64,000 nt of DNA from the human T2T-CHM13v2.0 reference genome, Homo sapiens (GCF_009914755.1 NC_060928.1), one strand, 5' to 3'; counted from the first letter of the stretch, positions 44,787-60,892 are shown. Notes: generated by a model not told the origin, from the sequence alone. Translations and numbers: made by a program.

Positions 44787-46269
44787 CTAGGTGAAAAATG
44801 TACAATCAGTTAAAATATGCATGAGAAATGAAGACAGAATACAAAATATAAAACTAAATAATTTTCAAATACATAGTTTATATAATACAATAAAACTTAA
44901 TTTTCCTATATTTTATTTTAGTAGAATGATAAATGTAAGTCAATCACAGAAATCTAAATATTCATTAAAAACTACAGCCAATTTTAATGTTAACAAGTAA
45001 CACAGCATGAAACCACAAGAAGAACATAATTATTTAGCCTATTATTAAACATGTATAGGAAAAGGATACACTATTCTACTGGCCACCATAACTTGTACCA
45101 GAATTTAAGTATGTACCATTGGGAAGTGCTTTATGCACTGGATAACACTTGTTTCAACCGCTATGAATACCAATTTCCCCAGGACTTGTCCGCAGGAGAG
45201 ATTAAAAATATCAATTAATTATGCTCACCATTACAGTAGCTCTACAGATATCTATTAAGCTACAAAACCATTATCTCACTAAGCCAATGAATACAAATTC
45301 TTTTAGCAATGGGAGAAAAAAGATCCAGCCCTTCCCCCAAAGGTTAACCATAATTTCCAAAGTTTGAACTGGTCGAAAATAGTCTGAATGTTTCAGTTGA
45401 TCCATCCATACATCCATTCATTCCATTTATATCTGAGTGACTACAATATATTAGGCACCGTGAACATTCCTATATCATGCTTTGCCTTTTACCCAAATGG
45501 GAAAAAACTGAAAAAGTAAATTTTTTTTTAAAGAGAGTGCTGTACTTGTTAATGTCACAAGATTTAGAATTTTTAAAATCTAAGGATTATCTTATAGCCA
45601 CCATCATATGATTTCCATTGGTGTTTCAATGGTAACCCCCATCACCCCTTGCAACAAAAATGCCAGAAAAACCTATAACACATGCAGAAAGTATTAGCCT
45701 AATTATAGTTTATTAATCCCAAAAGTGTTTGTTTCTGTAATCTACATTATTATATAGAGTAAACTGAACATTCATTCAATAAATCTTTATTGAGCCATAG
45801 TATAAGAGGATGATAGGACAATCAAGGAAGAAAAGCTGATTTTTTTATCCACAAAAATCAATAGGCCTTATTGAATCACAAGAGTATACACACAGATGAA
45901 AAGCAAACAAAAGTAAAAATGACTCTCAATGCAAAAATTTCCTTCTATCGACATTAACTCGCCTTTACTCATGACATATACAGAACATTCATGCCATGTG
46001 ATATACCTAAAAATAAAAATGTTCAGGGAATGAATATTTTCCTGTGAATATTTGTATTTTTCCTAATTGTAACTATTTCCACATTGTAACTATGTTCTTA
46101 ATTCTAAAACTTAGAAATCTTTTTATAATATTTCAACAATAAATGCATGTATTCCTCACTAAACAGTAAAATGACATAATCACATTAACAAAATATCAAT
46201 TTCTTTTACATTCACAATGCCAATATTTTATTTGACATGGGTTCTGTATTTTAATTGACCAATTCCTCA

Positions 46270-46817
46270 TATTCATTCAACAAAAATTTACTGAACATCG
46301 GTAGCAGGCCAGGCATTGTGTGATGAACACATTGTTCCTGACTTCATGGAGCTTATATTCTAAAGAAGGTGTCAGAAAATAAACACACGAATATGTAAGA
46401 TAATGTCAAATAGTAATAAGAGCTTTGAAGGGAGGGGGAAGTACAGAGTGAAGAACTGTTCTGAAAGTCTAGGCGAGAAGGTGTATTTACTAGTGTAACT
46501 GCAGTAGGCCTCTCTGTTCTATTTGAACAAAGGCAAGAATAAAAGAGAGAGCAAGCCATGTAAAAAGAAAAGAGTTTCAGGCAGAGAAGAACAAATGCAA
46601 AGGCCTTGGAGCTGAAATAAGCTTGGTATGTATGATGAATAACAATAAAGCAATAAACTGAGAACTAAAGAAAATGAGGTCAAAGATGTGGCCACGAGCT
46701 AGATTATGATTGTAGAACATTATAGACTGTATTAAAGACTGTATTTTATTCTGAGAGAGCCATTTGAGAATTAAGAGTGTAGGGAAGACAATCTGATTTC
46801 CCTTTTTAAAAGATCAG
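46270..46817 (+). mobile_element. L2 fragment
   Basis: attcattcaacaaaaatttactgaacat...aaatgcaaaggccttgga...gagagccatt; strand and edges approximate. Confidence 0.55.
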
Positions 46818-46818
46818 T

Positions 46819-47115
46819 GGCTGGGCACGGTGGCTCACGCCTGTAATCCCAGCACTTTAGGAGTCCAAGGTGGGCAGATCACCTGAGGTCAGGAGTTTGA
46901 GATCAGCCTGGCCAACATGGTGAAACATTGTCTCTACTAAAAACACAAACATTAGCTGGGCATGGTGGCACACACCTGTAATCCCAGCTACTCAGGAAGC
47001 TGAGGCAGGAAAATTGCTTGAACCCAACCCAGGAGGCAGAGGTTGCAGTGAGCCAAAATAGCACCACTGCACTCCACCCTGGGTGACAGAGTGAGACTCT
47101 GTCTCCAAAAAAATA
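46819..47115 (+). mobile_element. AluS-type
   Basis: ggctgggcacggtggctcacgcc full dimer. Confidence 0.92.
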
Positions 47116-50052
47116 AGACTGGTTAGCCTACTTTTTGGAAAACTGACTTTAGAGAGAGCATTTCTCCACCAACAAACAATTATCATTGTCAAAAGAAAGC
47201 AAGTTACATATTACCAACCTCACAGTCATTTTGAAAATAGGCCATTTATTTCTACAATAGCCTGTGTTATAGAATGACTTTAGTTTTCAATAATCATTTG
47301 CTTTGATTTTATTTATATTAAAGGTTTTTAGAATTTGTATTATACAATGGATCAATAAACATGAGTATATGTAATTTATATGTACAGGTTAAGAAACAAT
47401 TTTTTTTAATCTCACATGCCTACCACCCATGTCAAGAAGTAAAACGTTACCAGTACCTCACAATTCCCCTATGTGCCCTGCCCAAACTGTACTCCCTATT
47501 TCTCCACTACAATCAGAAAAAAATCACTATCCTGGTATTTCTATCGTTCACTGTTTATAAATAGTTTTACCTGGAGGTCAGAGCTTTGGGAGATAATTTT
47601 AAAAGATAGTTTTACTATCTATATACTAAACATACCCATTATGTTTAGTTTAAAAAACTAAGTCTAACACAAACCTAGCCAATTGTATTTTAAAGAGCAA
47701 TACTGCCACACCTGAGCTCCCAAGAAAAGACAAGATACACAGAATCTGTGAGTTGCAGCAGGGCTTCAGCTTATTTGAGAGAATATGTAAAGCCATTTCT
47801 GGGAAGTCTTATAGGCAAGTCATTAGGAAATACAGGAAATATAGAGGTCAAGAGAACTGGAGAACCTATCAGAGGCAGTGTGTGCCAGGTAGAGTGTATT
47901 GGCATGAAATACTTTATATTTTTCAATTCTAAGCTCACCATGGTGAACCTCTACCCTAAGAAGTAGGTCGAAGCACAGCATGTCTTTGTGGAGTGAAGTG
48001 AGAATCTTCAGGTGATTCACATTAGACAGGAAAACAGGAATTTAATCAGCACATGATGAAGGCAAGCAAGCTAAGTACTCCTAATAAGAATACAGGTCCA
48101 CCTCTCCTGAGTGAAACTGCTCCAGTCCAGATGGACTGTCATCTGCCTACTACATAGCTGCTATTGGGATCTCCCTTTCTACAGTCCTGGAGATCCCCTT
48201 CATCTCTCTTCTATGTTGTCTCTTGTTTCTTATATTTCATTTCTTCCTCTTTGTATTATTCTCTCCTTTTGTGCAATATCCTGCAGTGCCTTCTTAAGAA
48301 AGGATGTATATAAATGTTTTGAGATCTCAAATCCTGAAAAGGTATTTATTCTCGCTTCATACTTGATTAATAGTCAGAGTATAAAACCACAGATAGAAAA
48401 GCATTTACCTTCAGAATCTGAAATGCTTTTAAAATTCTAAAGTCATTTGGTTTTTAAATTTGCCCTTAATTTAATTCATCCAATGGTCTAAAAGCTAAAT
48501 TGCAATTGAACAACTATCAGTATTATCTTTTTGGATGCTGTTTTCCTTAAGATATTTGTGACTTTAAAACTGATAATTTCCAATTAATTGCCAGATATTG
48601 TTCTAAATTACCCAGCTAAAAGACTAGTCATTAATCTTCACAATCATTTGATAGCTAATCTATAGCTGTTTGTAATGTTTGGAAAGCACTTCTATAAACT
48701 ACTAGTTAAAGATACTTGTGAGCTAATGACTATAACATTTCTTTTGCCATTATTTTCAACTTAATTGGCACTCAAATTTACTAATTAGTAGATAAAAGAT
48801 AAACACAATACATCCAGATGTTAATATTATCTTTTTAATCTATACATTAAAACCGTATAACCTGTAAAATTTAGACATTTTAAACTGTTAGGCAATGTTT
48901 AGCAACTGACTTTGTTTTTAAGCAAAGGCATCTTTTTCAGTGTCTGTTTTCATATGAAAATACCAGCTAAATATGATGTTAACTTCTGATTAAGTTACCA
49001 ACCTTTGATAAATAAGATATATCTTTAAAAACAGGTGGATCTTCCCATATGTATTATCAATGAGCATAAGTCAAAATGATTGCCACCACATTAATGAGAT
49101 CTTTTATAAAGACTCTGATGTATAACAATGGTATAGGTAACAGATATAATGGTAAAATCAAGCATTACTGACATAATTAAGAGCAATTCTAAAGGTTGGT
49201 AGTACAATCCCCATTTATAAAGATAGGAAGAACACTGACAAAAGAATATTGCAGCAAATAACTTCTAATCTTTTCATTTTTAAAACAGTCATTTTGATCA
49301 ATTTTAATTTCTTAAAAACAGTCTAAACAGATGCTTTCATGCAAATCTAGCGTATAAACTGGTACAAATTTTTAGAGGGCAATTTAGCAATATCTACTAA
49401 AAACTTTTTAAAACATGTACAGACTCCTTCCTCTGGAAATTCCACTTACAGGAATTTATCCTACAAAATAAGGGTTACAGTATTGAACCAGGCTCATCAT
49501 TGGTCAATGATAAGGAACAGATAAAGTATGATTATAATATAAATCAATAGATTTTTTAAATCTCTCTTCCATCAATTTTTCTAAATACAATTTTGGAGAA
49601 TGCCAGAATATAAAAAGAAAACTTGAATCATTTACACGGTCACTCCTTCCTAGAATTTTAAGTGGTCTGATAACATTCAAATGTTATATCAAAGCTGAAT
49701 CTTATGCTCTTTACTTCTCCATAATGTCATATAATATGCAGGCATTAAAATTCATGTAAGAAGCATATCATTAAATAATACTCTAAAATAGTAAAAATAC
49801 GATCACATTTTGTTAGCAAATAATTATATGTTATGTATAGATTCATGTATAGAAGAGAAGACTAAAAGGTCTCGCACTAAAATGTTAATAAGTTATACAT
49901 AGGTGTTTGGATAATGGATAATTTTTGTTTTCTGTGTGTATGCATTTCTGCTGGGTTCAAGATTTCCTGTAATGAAAACTTATTATTATTTTAAATTTTT
50001 TAAAGTAATAAATGCTATTTGGTTTCAAAATGTTAAAGCTAAGAATACTTTT

Positions 50053-50210
50053 AGCCAGGAACAAAGGTACATGCCTGCAGTCCCAGCTACTGGAGAGGCT
50101 GAAGGGAGAGGATCACTTGAGCCAAGGAGTATGAAGCTGTAGTGTGTTATATATAATGGCACCTGTAAAGAACCACCGCACTCTAGCCTGGGAAGCACAG
50201 CAACAGTCTG
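50053..50210 (+). mobile_element. Degenerate Alu right-arm monomer
   Basis: gcctgcagtcccagctactggagaggctgaagggagaggatcacttgagcc. Confidence 0.7.
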
Positions 50211-50374
50211 TCTCTCTCTCTTTTTCTTTTTTTTTTTTAAGTGCCATTTAAATTTGATAAAAACACACACACAAACACTCACACAGAAATCAGGTATTTT
50301 TAAAGAATTATTTAGCAATTAAATAAGGTGCAAAGTGCTGATAATCCATGAAATGCGGACATTTTGTAACTTTT

Positions 50375-50663
50375 TTATTTTTGTAATTTTTGTGAGATAT
50401 CTCCTTTCATCACCCAGACTGAAGTGCAGTGGCACAATCTCAGCTCACTGCAGCTTCAGCATCCCGTATTCAAGTGATTTTCATGCCTTAGTCCCCAGTA
50501 GCTGGGACCACAGGCATGCACCACCACTCCTGGCTAATTTTTGTATTTTTAGTAGAGACAGGGTTTCACCACGTTGACCAGGCTGGTCTCAAACTCTGGC
50601 CTCAAGTGATCCACCTGCCTCAGCCTCCCAAAGTGCTGGGAGGCATGAGCCACCATGTCCAGC
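50375..50663 (-). mobile_element. Alu (S/J-type)
   Basis: Reverse Alu; TSD-like attttgtaacttt / atttttgtaacttt. Confidence 0.85.
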
Positions 50664-52388
50664 CAATTTTGTAACTTTTGAAATTTCTTCAAACAAGTCG
50701 CTTTTAATCTTATCATACAGCCACCATAAACACATATACATTTTTGTATATGCCAGTTCATATCTTATGATTTAAAAAATAATTTTAATAAACCAATTAG
50801 AGAATTCTTTAAAAAAAAATCTTATTTCCACATGCTTTTACCCAATCTAAATGGTAGTTTTTTCTTATGTACAGTGACTGAAATGTATACTTCAGATATT
50901 TCATTTCTTATGTACAGTGACTGAAATTTATACTTCAGATATTTCATCAGTAAACAGCAAGTAAAATCTTCAGATATTTCAAAAAATCCAAGATAATTAA
51001 GGACTTTATCCTCAAATTCACTATTTAGGAGGAAATCCAATTCATATTATACTTTTAACTCTAACATGACTAATCTTTATTCATTTTAAGTCATAAACCC
51101 ATTCTAACTTATGGCAATATGAGTCTAGACAAAATACAGTATCTAAGGTGTTAGTTTTATGTGTTTAGAAAAGAATGTGTTTACAAAATTCTCATAATTC
51201 AGAATAGTTTAAATGCCTTAATTTAAATTTTAATTAATGAGTAAAAGCATTTTATCATACCAAGTGAAAAAAAGTATTACTTAAGCACAGAAAAATGTTC
51301 AATTTGAAGCCAAAAACAAACAAAAAAAAATGAAAACCTAGACAACAAATAAGACAATGAAATCACAAACGTTACTAGGTGCACTCTTTAAAACCCTGAG
51401 ATCAAAGTAACCAACATAGTGCAGTTATACTAGAAGAGCCTATTACTGCTTATAAAACCCAGTTCAGCTGCTGGAGGAGAGGCATATAGTGACAAACAGC
51501 TTCCCTGCTACAAAGGTGGCAGGAAATCTATCAAACTGGACAATAAAACTGCAATTGAGTTTCTTTGGCTTTTTATAGCAGCAGCATGTATCCTGATGTA
51601 ACTCTGCAAAAGCTATCCAATTCTGCAACATTAGTTCTTTACACATCAGTTCTTTATCAAGAACCATGTTATAAATTTGGGATATTGAGATTCAAAATGA
51701 CTGCAAAAAGGAAAAAGCATCACTTTAACACTGTATGTATAAAAGTATTATAAAATCTTCAGAACTTATATTTTTAGAGAAAAGAAAATTTTGTTCCAAT
51801 AATTCCAGTGGAATTTTTAATAGCTGCTAAAAATTGTTCACCTACTTACTGAATCACTACAGCTCTATTCTAAGCTTTATTAAATAATGACTTGAAGAGC
51901 CTTAGGGTATAAGTTTCTGTCTTATTTTAAAAATAGCTATAAAGATTTAAAATTCCAAAAAACTTAACAGCATTCAAATAAATTACTTTGTATAAGCCTC
52001 ATGAAACAGAAAAGCCTTTTAAAAATGAAGAAAATCCACACGAAGGAATAAAAGACATGTATGAAACACTAAAATAAAAGGTGAACAAATGTAAGAACCA
52101 ACTTACAACTTTAAACTTTTGTTTTCCCTCTCATAAGTAATGTTTTAGCATGTATTTTTAAAAGTATACTTTGACAGCAAAAAGTGGTAGGTCTAGTTTT
52201 ACTCAGATAAAAAGACTCCATGATTAACTTAGCATTATCCCATCTTATAAATGAATACTAAAACTTAAGTCAGTGTGGTTCTTGGTCAAAAGTAGGCACT
52301 AGAGACCTCTCCTTAAAGCAACTATTTTCTTCAGAAAAATTTTAAGATCTGTTTAAAGCCATAAGTCACTGGACTAAAGAAACATATA

Positions 52389-52672
52389 GGCCGGGCGCGG
52401 TGGTTCACACCTGTAATCCCAGCATTTTGGGAGGCTGAGGCGCGTGGATCACGAGGTCAGGAGATCGAGACCATCCTGGCTAACATGGTGAAACCTCTTC
52501 TCTACTAAAAATACAAAAAATTAGCCAGGCATGGTGGCAGGCGCCTGTAGTCCCAGCTACTCAGGGAGGCTGAGGCAGAAGAATGGCGTGAACCCAGGAG
52601 GCAGAGCTTGCAGTGAGCCAAGATCGTGCCACAGGGCGACAGAGCGAGACTCCGTCTCAAAAAAAAAAAAGA
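52389..52672 (+). mobile_element. AluY-type with small right-arm deletion
   Basis: ggccgggcgcggtgg...ggcgtgaacccaggaggcagagcttgc; TSD-like aaagaaacatata / aaagaaatatata. Confidence 0.9.
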
Positions 52673-52957
52673 AATATATAAACTAAACAAAACTATAGTC
52701 ATGCATCACTTAATCATGAAGATATGTTCTGAGAAATGCATCATTAAGCAATTTCATCATGTGAACACCATAGAGTGTACTTAAGCAAACCTAGATTGTA
52801 TCACCTACTATATACCTAGACTCTATGGTATAGCTTATTACTCCTAGGCTACAAACCTGTATAGCTTATTACTGTACAGAAGACTGCAGACAACTGTAAC
52901 ACAATATATGTATTTGTGTTATCTATTTTTTTTAATGTTTTAATTTTTGTTTTAACA

Positions 52958-53112
52958 AAAGACTGAGTCTCGCTCTGTGACCCAGGCTGGAGTCCAGTGG
53001 CACAATCATAGTTCACTGTTACGTTACTTCAAACTCCTGGGCTCAAGTGATCCTCCCACCTCAGCCTCCTGAGTAGCTAGAAATACAGGTGCATGCCACC
53101 ATCCCAGCTAAT

Positions 53113-53155
<43 letters not shown>

Positions 53156-53266
53156 TGAGACTCACTATGTTGCCCAGGCTGGTCTCAAATTCCTGGCCTC
53201 AAGCCATCTTTCAGACTTGGCCTCCCAAAGTGCTGGGATTAGAGGTGTGAGCCACCATTCCCAGCC
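52958..53266 (-). mobile_element. AluJ-like with (TG)n in the central linker
   Basis: (TG)n at about 53114-53150 replaces the A-rich middle. Confidence 0.88.
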
Positions 53267-53592
53267 CTTATATTGTGTGTACGTAAGGTTTAGAAATGTG
53301 TATCTAAACAAATATAAACATAGAAAAGGTATAGTAAAAATCCAATATAAAAGATTTAAAATGGTACCTACATAAGGTATTTACCATGAATGGAGCTTAT
53401 AAAACTAGAAGTTGCCCTGGGTCAATCAGTGAGTAAGTGGTGAGTAAATGTGCAGGTCTAGTACACTACAGAAGACTTTATAAACACTGTAAATATAGGC
53501 TACACTAAATTTATTTTTAAAAACTACTTTTCTTTGTTCAATAAGAAATTAACCTCAGCTTACTGTAACATTTTAACTTTATAAACATTTTA

Positions 53593-54536
<944 letters not shown>

Positions 54537-54830
54537 GTCCAGGTGCAGTCACGCACGCCTGTAATCCTAACACTTTAGGAGGTGGAGGTGGGTGGATCCC
54601 CTGAGCTCCGGAATTCAAGACTAGCCTGGGCAACGTGGTGAAACCCTGTCTCTACTAAAAATACAAAAAAATTAGCTGAGTGTGGAGGTGCACACCTGTT
54701 GTCCCAGCTACTCGCCAGGCTGAGGCAGGAGAATCGCTTGAACCCAGGAGGTGGAGGTTTCAGTGAGCCAAGATTGCACCACTGCATTCCAGCCAGGGTG
54801 ACAGAGCAAGACTCTGTCTCATTTAAAAAA
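54537..54830 (+). mobile_element. AluS-type followed by (CA)n
   Basis: Full dimer; (CA)n at about 54832-54854. Confidence 0.88.
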
Positions 54831-54858
54831 GACACACACACACACACACACACATTCT

Positions 54859-55123
54859 AACCGGGTGTGTGGCTCATGCTTATAATCCCAGCACTTTCAG
54901 AGGCCCAGGCGGGGGGCCACTTGAGTCCAGGAGTTGAAGACCAGCCTGAGCAACACAGTAAGACCTCGTCTCTACAAAAAAACTAAAAAAGTAGCCAGGT
55001 GTGGTAGCACAAGTCTGTAGTCCCAGCTACTCAGGAGGTTGAGGTGAGAGGATCACTTGAGCCCAGGAGTTTGAAGTTGCAGTGAGCTATGAGCACACCA
55101 CTACACTTCACCTGTCTCAAAAA
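54859..55123 (+). mobile_element. AluJ-like
   Basis: ccgggtgtgtggctcatgc...ggatcacttgagcccaggagtttga. Confidence 0.85.
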
Positions 55124-55214
55124 ATATTTTTTTTCCTTTCTCTATATCCTTATTCTAAAAGCTTTTTTCTCTTTTTAAAATTATATATTTTTCAAACTTT
55201 TTTGTTAGAAACTA

Positions 55215-55532
<318 letters not shown>

Positions 55533-55769
55533 TCAGGATTCACACCCTGTCTCCAAAGTCCACATTCTTTCATTACTTACACAAACGGATTTGAAAACTG
55601 GATATAAATACTTAGTCATAAATGCTCACAAGCTCAAAACACCTGAGATATCACCTAATCCAACTCCTTTATTTTGTATATAGGGAACTCAAAAAGACTA
55701 ATCTATTCATCCTAAATATCCTATTATTTTCTAAGATAGCAGTTCTCAAACTTTTTGGTCTCATGACAC

Positions 55770-55770
<1 letters not shown>

Positions 55771-55800
<30 letters not shown>

Positions 55801-56076
55801 GAGACAGAGTCTCGCTCTGTTGCAGGCTGGAGTGCAGTGGTACGATCTCGGCTCACTGCAACTCCACCTCCTGGGTTCAAGCGATTCTTCTGTCTCACCC
55901 TCACAAGTAGCTGGGACTACAGGCACTCACCACCACGCCCAGCTAATTTTTGTATTTTTAGTAGAGACAGGGTTTCACCATGTTGGCCAGGATGATCTCA
56001 ATCTCTTGGCCTCATGATCCACCCACCTCAACCTCCCAAAGTGCTGGGATTACAGGCGTGAGCCACCGTGCCCGGG
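55771..56076 (-). mobile_element. AluS(c)-type
   Basis: (TTTA)n tail; TSD acacttta. Confidence 0.9.
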
Positions 56077-56486
56077 CAACACTTTACATTCTTAAAAAGT
56101 ATTAAGGTCCCCAAAGACTCTTTATCTATGTGGATTATATCTACTACTGCTTATTATATTAGGAATTAAAACTGAGACCTTTTAGAACTATTAACCCACT
56201 TAAAAATAATAAACTCAATATATAATATAAATAACATTTTTTGAAAATGATTATTTTTCAAAACCAAACAATAACAAGAAGAGTGCCATTATTTCATATT
56301 TTTGTCAATCTCTTTAAAGTTTGGCTTCATAGAAGACAACTGCATTCTCATATTTGCTTTTGCATTCAATCTGTTGCATATATTGGTTTGGCTGAAGTAT
56401 ATAAAGAAAATCCACCCTCATACAGCTATGCAGTAGGAAAGGAGGACTGCACAGACCCCATGAAAAGCTCTCATGGGCCCAAGTTC

Positions 56487-56777
<291 letters not shown>

Positions 56778-57124
56778 TCCCTCCCAAGGTCTTTAGGTTA
56801 TACTTTTAACAACGATTGCTTTAAAGTTTATACTCCTCCAGCCATCTTTCCTAAGGACTTGAAGAAACTAAGGTGAACTGACATAGATCTGTTAGAAACG
56901 TGAAAAATCTGCTTTATACTGGGCACTTCCCTAACCTATAATCTCCCCTAGAAATCTCTGAAATCTACTCCAGATGTATATGGGGCACAAAGTCAACCCT
57001 ATTTTTCTTATAATCTTTTGTAAATGGCAACATAGTATGAGAAAAAAAATCAGTCTAGATTGCAGCAGCCTACTGCAATAGAAATGAGAATATCTGGGCA
57101 TCAGCACAAACTAAAGTTACAGAA

Positions 57125-57320
57125 AGGATGGCAAACAGTTCCTGTAATGAGCCAAATAGTAAATATTTTAGATTTTAGGGGCCATGTCGTTGATGTAACA
57201 TGTATGATTATCCTTATAGTGTGAAAGTAGCCATATACAATATATAAAGGAATGGTAGTGGATACATTCTAGCACAATTTTATTTAGATCTGACACTTAG
57301 GCCATGGCTAGCTGAATTCT
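57125..57320. mobile_element. MER58-like hAT MITE
   Basis: ggcaaac...gccaaatagtaaatattttag...gtgaaagtagccata. Confidence 0.6.
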
Positions 57321-57559
57321 GTTTTAAACAAAACTGATCAACCTCAACAATACAGTGACTAAAACAAAGCCATTTTATAAAATCAGATCTCTTTTCTTAT
57401 TTACAAATGGATTTTACTCCTTGTAAACCCTTGTAGAAGCATACTTTCTCTCAATGAAGAAAGAGGAGGAACAATGAATAATTTGTAGGAACTTTCAATC
57501 AATAATTAAAAGCTATTCAAATACCTAGAAACATGTAATTAGGAAAGGGCAATATATTC

Positions 57560-57895
<336 letters not shown>

Positions 57896-58149
57896 TTAGA
57901 ATAATAACTTTGATAGTCAGTAAAATGTAACACTTAAAGATATAGAGAAATTATCATTCTTGGTATTTATTCCTTCTAGTCAATTTTTTATTAAATAAAT
58001 AGCTATATAATTATACAGTATTCCTTCTGAGTAATGAAAAAGTTCTTAAAATTCAAAAAACATACACCGTAAATGAAACTAATAGATTTTAATGCATTAA
58101 TTACTTGAAATGTAAATTTTCCTCAGAAGGTACAAACATAAAACTCCAA

Positions 58150-58900
58150 AAATAGTTAGATAATCCACATATTGGCAGAAGATGTTCATAAACAACATAG
58201 CTAGCAAAGGATTAAGAATGAGACTACATAAAGAACTCCCACAAAACAACAAGAAAACACAGATCAAGATTATGGTGATGTAGCATTTTAAATTCATCAA
58301 AGTGACAAATTTTTAAACTCCAGCCATACCACGTGATTAGGTGATGTGAAGCAATGAGAACTTAAACACTGCTGGTGATATGTAAACTGATACACTACTT
58401 TAGAATACTGTATTGTATTGGAATACGATACTTTGGAAAAGAATTTGCATTATCTTGTAAAGTTCAACATTTTCACCTTATAAGTCAGCAATTCTACTTC
58501 TAGGAATATATGCAGAAAATTCTTGAACAAGCACAAAATGTATACGAAAATGCTAATTAATTGGTAAATAAATAGTCATGTCATGCAATACATTACAATT
58601 GAGAAAATGAACAAAACTATATGGGTCAATGTGGATGAATCTCAAACAATAATAAGCACAAACAGTAATTAACAAAAAAATGCATTCAGTATGCCACATT
58701 TACCTTAAGTGCAAACATAAAAAATAAAACTCTTTATTGTTTAGAGTTATATACACGTAGTAAAGGTATAGAAAAGACAAAAGACAACACCAAATAAAAG
58801 CTAGTGGTGTTGGGGGTCAGGCGAAGAAGAGGAGACAAAGCAATTATAGAGGAGTAACCCAATTTCATAAACAGTGATCCTTTTTGTATGCTTAGAGTAT
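58150..58900 (+). mobile_element. Highly decayed L1ME-type 3' fragment
   Basis: gatgtgaagcaatgagaact...gcaattctacttctaggaatatat...gtggatgaatctc; edges approximate. Confidence 0.55.
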
Positions 58901-59102
58901 TTCAAAAAAAAATTTAAGCTATATATAAATAACTAAACTTACTTTGGCTTAATTTAAAAAAAAAAAAAAAAAAAAACTACATTCTTCCAAACCCAGTTTT
59001 TAGCTACCTGTAAGATTAGCACAGGGCAGACATCACCCAGAGCTTTTCTGTTTACTCATCCACCTTACGTTGCTAAAACAACTGTTCATCTTTGAATATA
59101 GT

Positions 59103-59119
59103 GCGCCACCTTGTGTTCA
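59103..59119 (-). promoter_or_regulatory. Candidate CTCF binding site
   Basis: Minus strand TGAACACAAGGTGGCGC resembles the CTCF core consensus, with the CpG retained; motif match only. Confidence 0.35.
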
Positions 59120-59186
59120 AAAGCTTTTAACTCATATAAAATTCTGAGACCCATGTTTGTAAACAGGGCTTCCTCGAAAAAAAATA

Positions 59187-59244
59187 TTAGGTTGGTGCAA
59201 AAATAATTGCAGTTTTTGCCGCAACTACTTTTTCAGCACCCTAG
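59187..59244. mobile_element. MADE1 (Hsmar1 MITE), internally deleted
   Basis: TA-ttaggttggtgcaaaaataattgcagtttttgccgcaactactttt...cctag-TA. Confidence 0.8.
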
Positions 59245-59513
59245 TATAAATTCCTTTATGCTGTGGCAATAGATTTACCATTATAAAGATAAGTACATGT
59301 AAAAACAACATTAGAAAAAATTATTTTGATTCTAAAGAAATTACAAATGCTTTATTTCTATTGATAATCTTTTTGAGCTTTCATTTTGCTGTACTTTCAG
59401 AAGATAACTTGCCTTTTTTCCTTGATTTTAAGTATCGAAATTTTTTAAATGACTAAAATTCAAAAATTATAGATATTTAAAATGCTACAATACGCTTTCA
59501 TAAAGAAACTTAC

Positions 59514-59706
59514 CTTTGAATGAGTGATTGATAAAGTGTCTACCCATACACGCCAGCCACCCCACTCATATTTGACTGCATGGTAAAGCAGGATTCTGAA
59601 TATGGCGTATACCATTTCTGTTATCTTTTGCTCATCTGAATTCTTAGGATTAAAATAGCAGAGAGAAAGCATCCATTCTTGCCACACAGAGCATTGTAGC
59701 AAGCTC
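59514..59706 (-). CDS. LRBA: LRBA exon (193 nt, [11 protein letters not shown]...[19 protein letters not shown])
   Basis: Acceptor tttcag|G, donor AAG|gtaagt; [12 protein letters not shown] motif typical of LRBA/neurobeachin. Confidence 0.97.
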
Positions 59707-60024
59707 CTGAAAATTATGAGAGGGTACTAAATTACTGAAGAAAAAAAAATTATCTAAAATAAATCTAAAGGTTTAAAACAAAATAACCCTGCCCCTCCCT
59801 TTCCCCCCGAAAAAGAAACACATTTAGTTATACATTAAGAACAATTCGACAATGTGGTACTAAAAATTCTAACTTAACTATGTGGTACATTATTTACATA
59901 CTCTTAATAAAAAAAATAGAAAAATCATTTCACAGTATTTTTAAAGCAATTTTTCTTAGATAAAATGGGCTTATACAAAAGTACATTTGAATACTGCAAA
60001 TAAATGCTTTCTGATTCAGCTTAC

Positions 60025-60148
60025 CTCCTGTTTTCTCTACTGTTATTAAAAAGTTTAATCATGTCAGAAAGAAAGGCTCTGCGAACCTCCATGCTCTCTG
60101 GGCACTGGGGAGAATTTCGAAGTAGGGTCGCAATTACTTTTAGTATCT
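60025..60148 (-). CDS. LRBA: LRBA exon (124 nt, ILKVIATLLRNSPQCPES...SRENR)
   Basis: Acceptor ttacag|AG, donor GAG|gtaagc; overlaps ORF 60021..60212. Confidence 0.96.
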
Positions 60149-60498
60149 CTGTAAGACAGTTTATAAATAAGTAAAAACCAAACTCAACAAAAAACTCATG
60201 ATAGAAGGTCATCCATCTATTGCAATTTCTTTAGTTTCCCTAACACAAATGTCTACCAAAAACATCCTCTTCTGTTATTAAAAAAAATCACCTCTGGAAA
60301 GAAATGACAATACATTCATTAGAAAGCATTTATAAATATGAAAGGAAATTTCTTTCATGATTCAAATGTGCAAAAATAAAGCTGAACTTTAAAAGGTTAA
60401 AATAAAACAAGTTAAATTATAAATGAATTAAATGTCAGTGAAACTGCTTACTCTCTCTGAGATATACCAAATAGTAAAGTTGATCTTAAAAACAAGCA

Positions 60499-60810
<312 letters not shown>

Positions 60811-60892
60811 ACTATAATCAAAATCTCAGAAAAATATAATAAATTCTTAGATTCCTCATCATAATTTATGGTATGCACACATAGTCTTTCAT

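Noticed and set aside
47700-48440. Higher-GC block that might be an LTR or an unknown exon
   Set aside because: Could not assign a family or exon structure; the distal part looks like decayed antisense L1/HAL1
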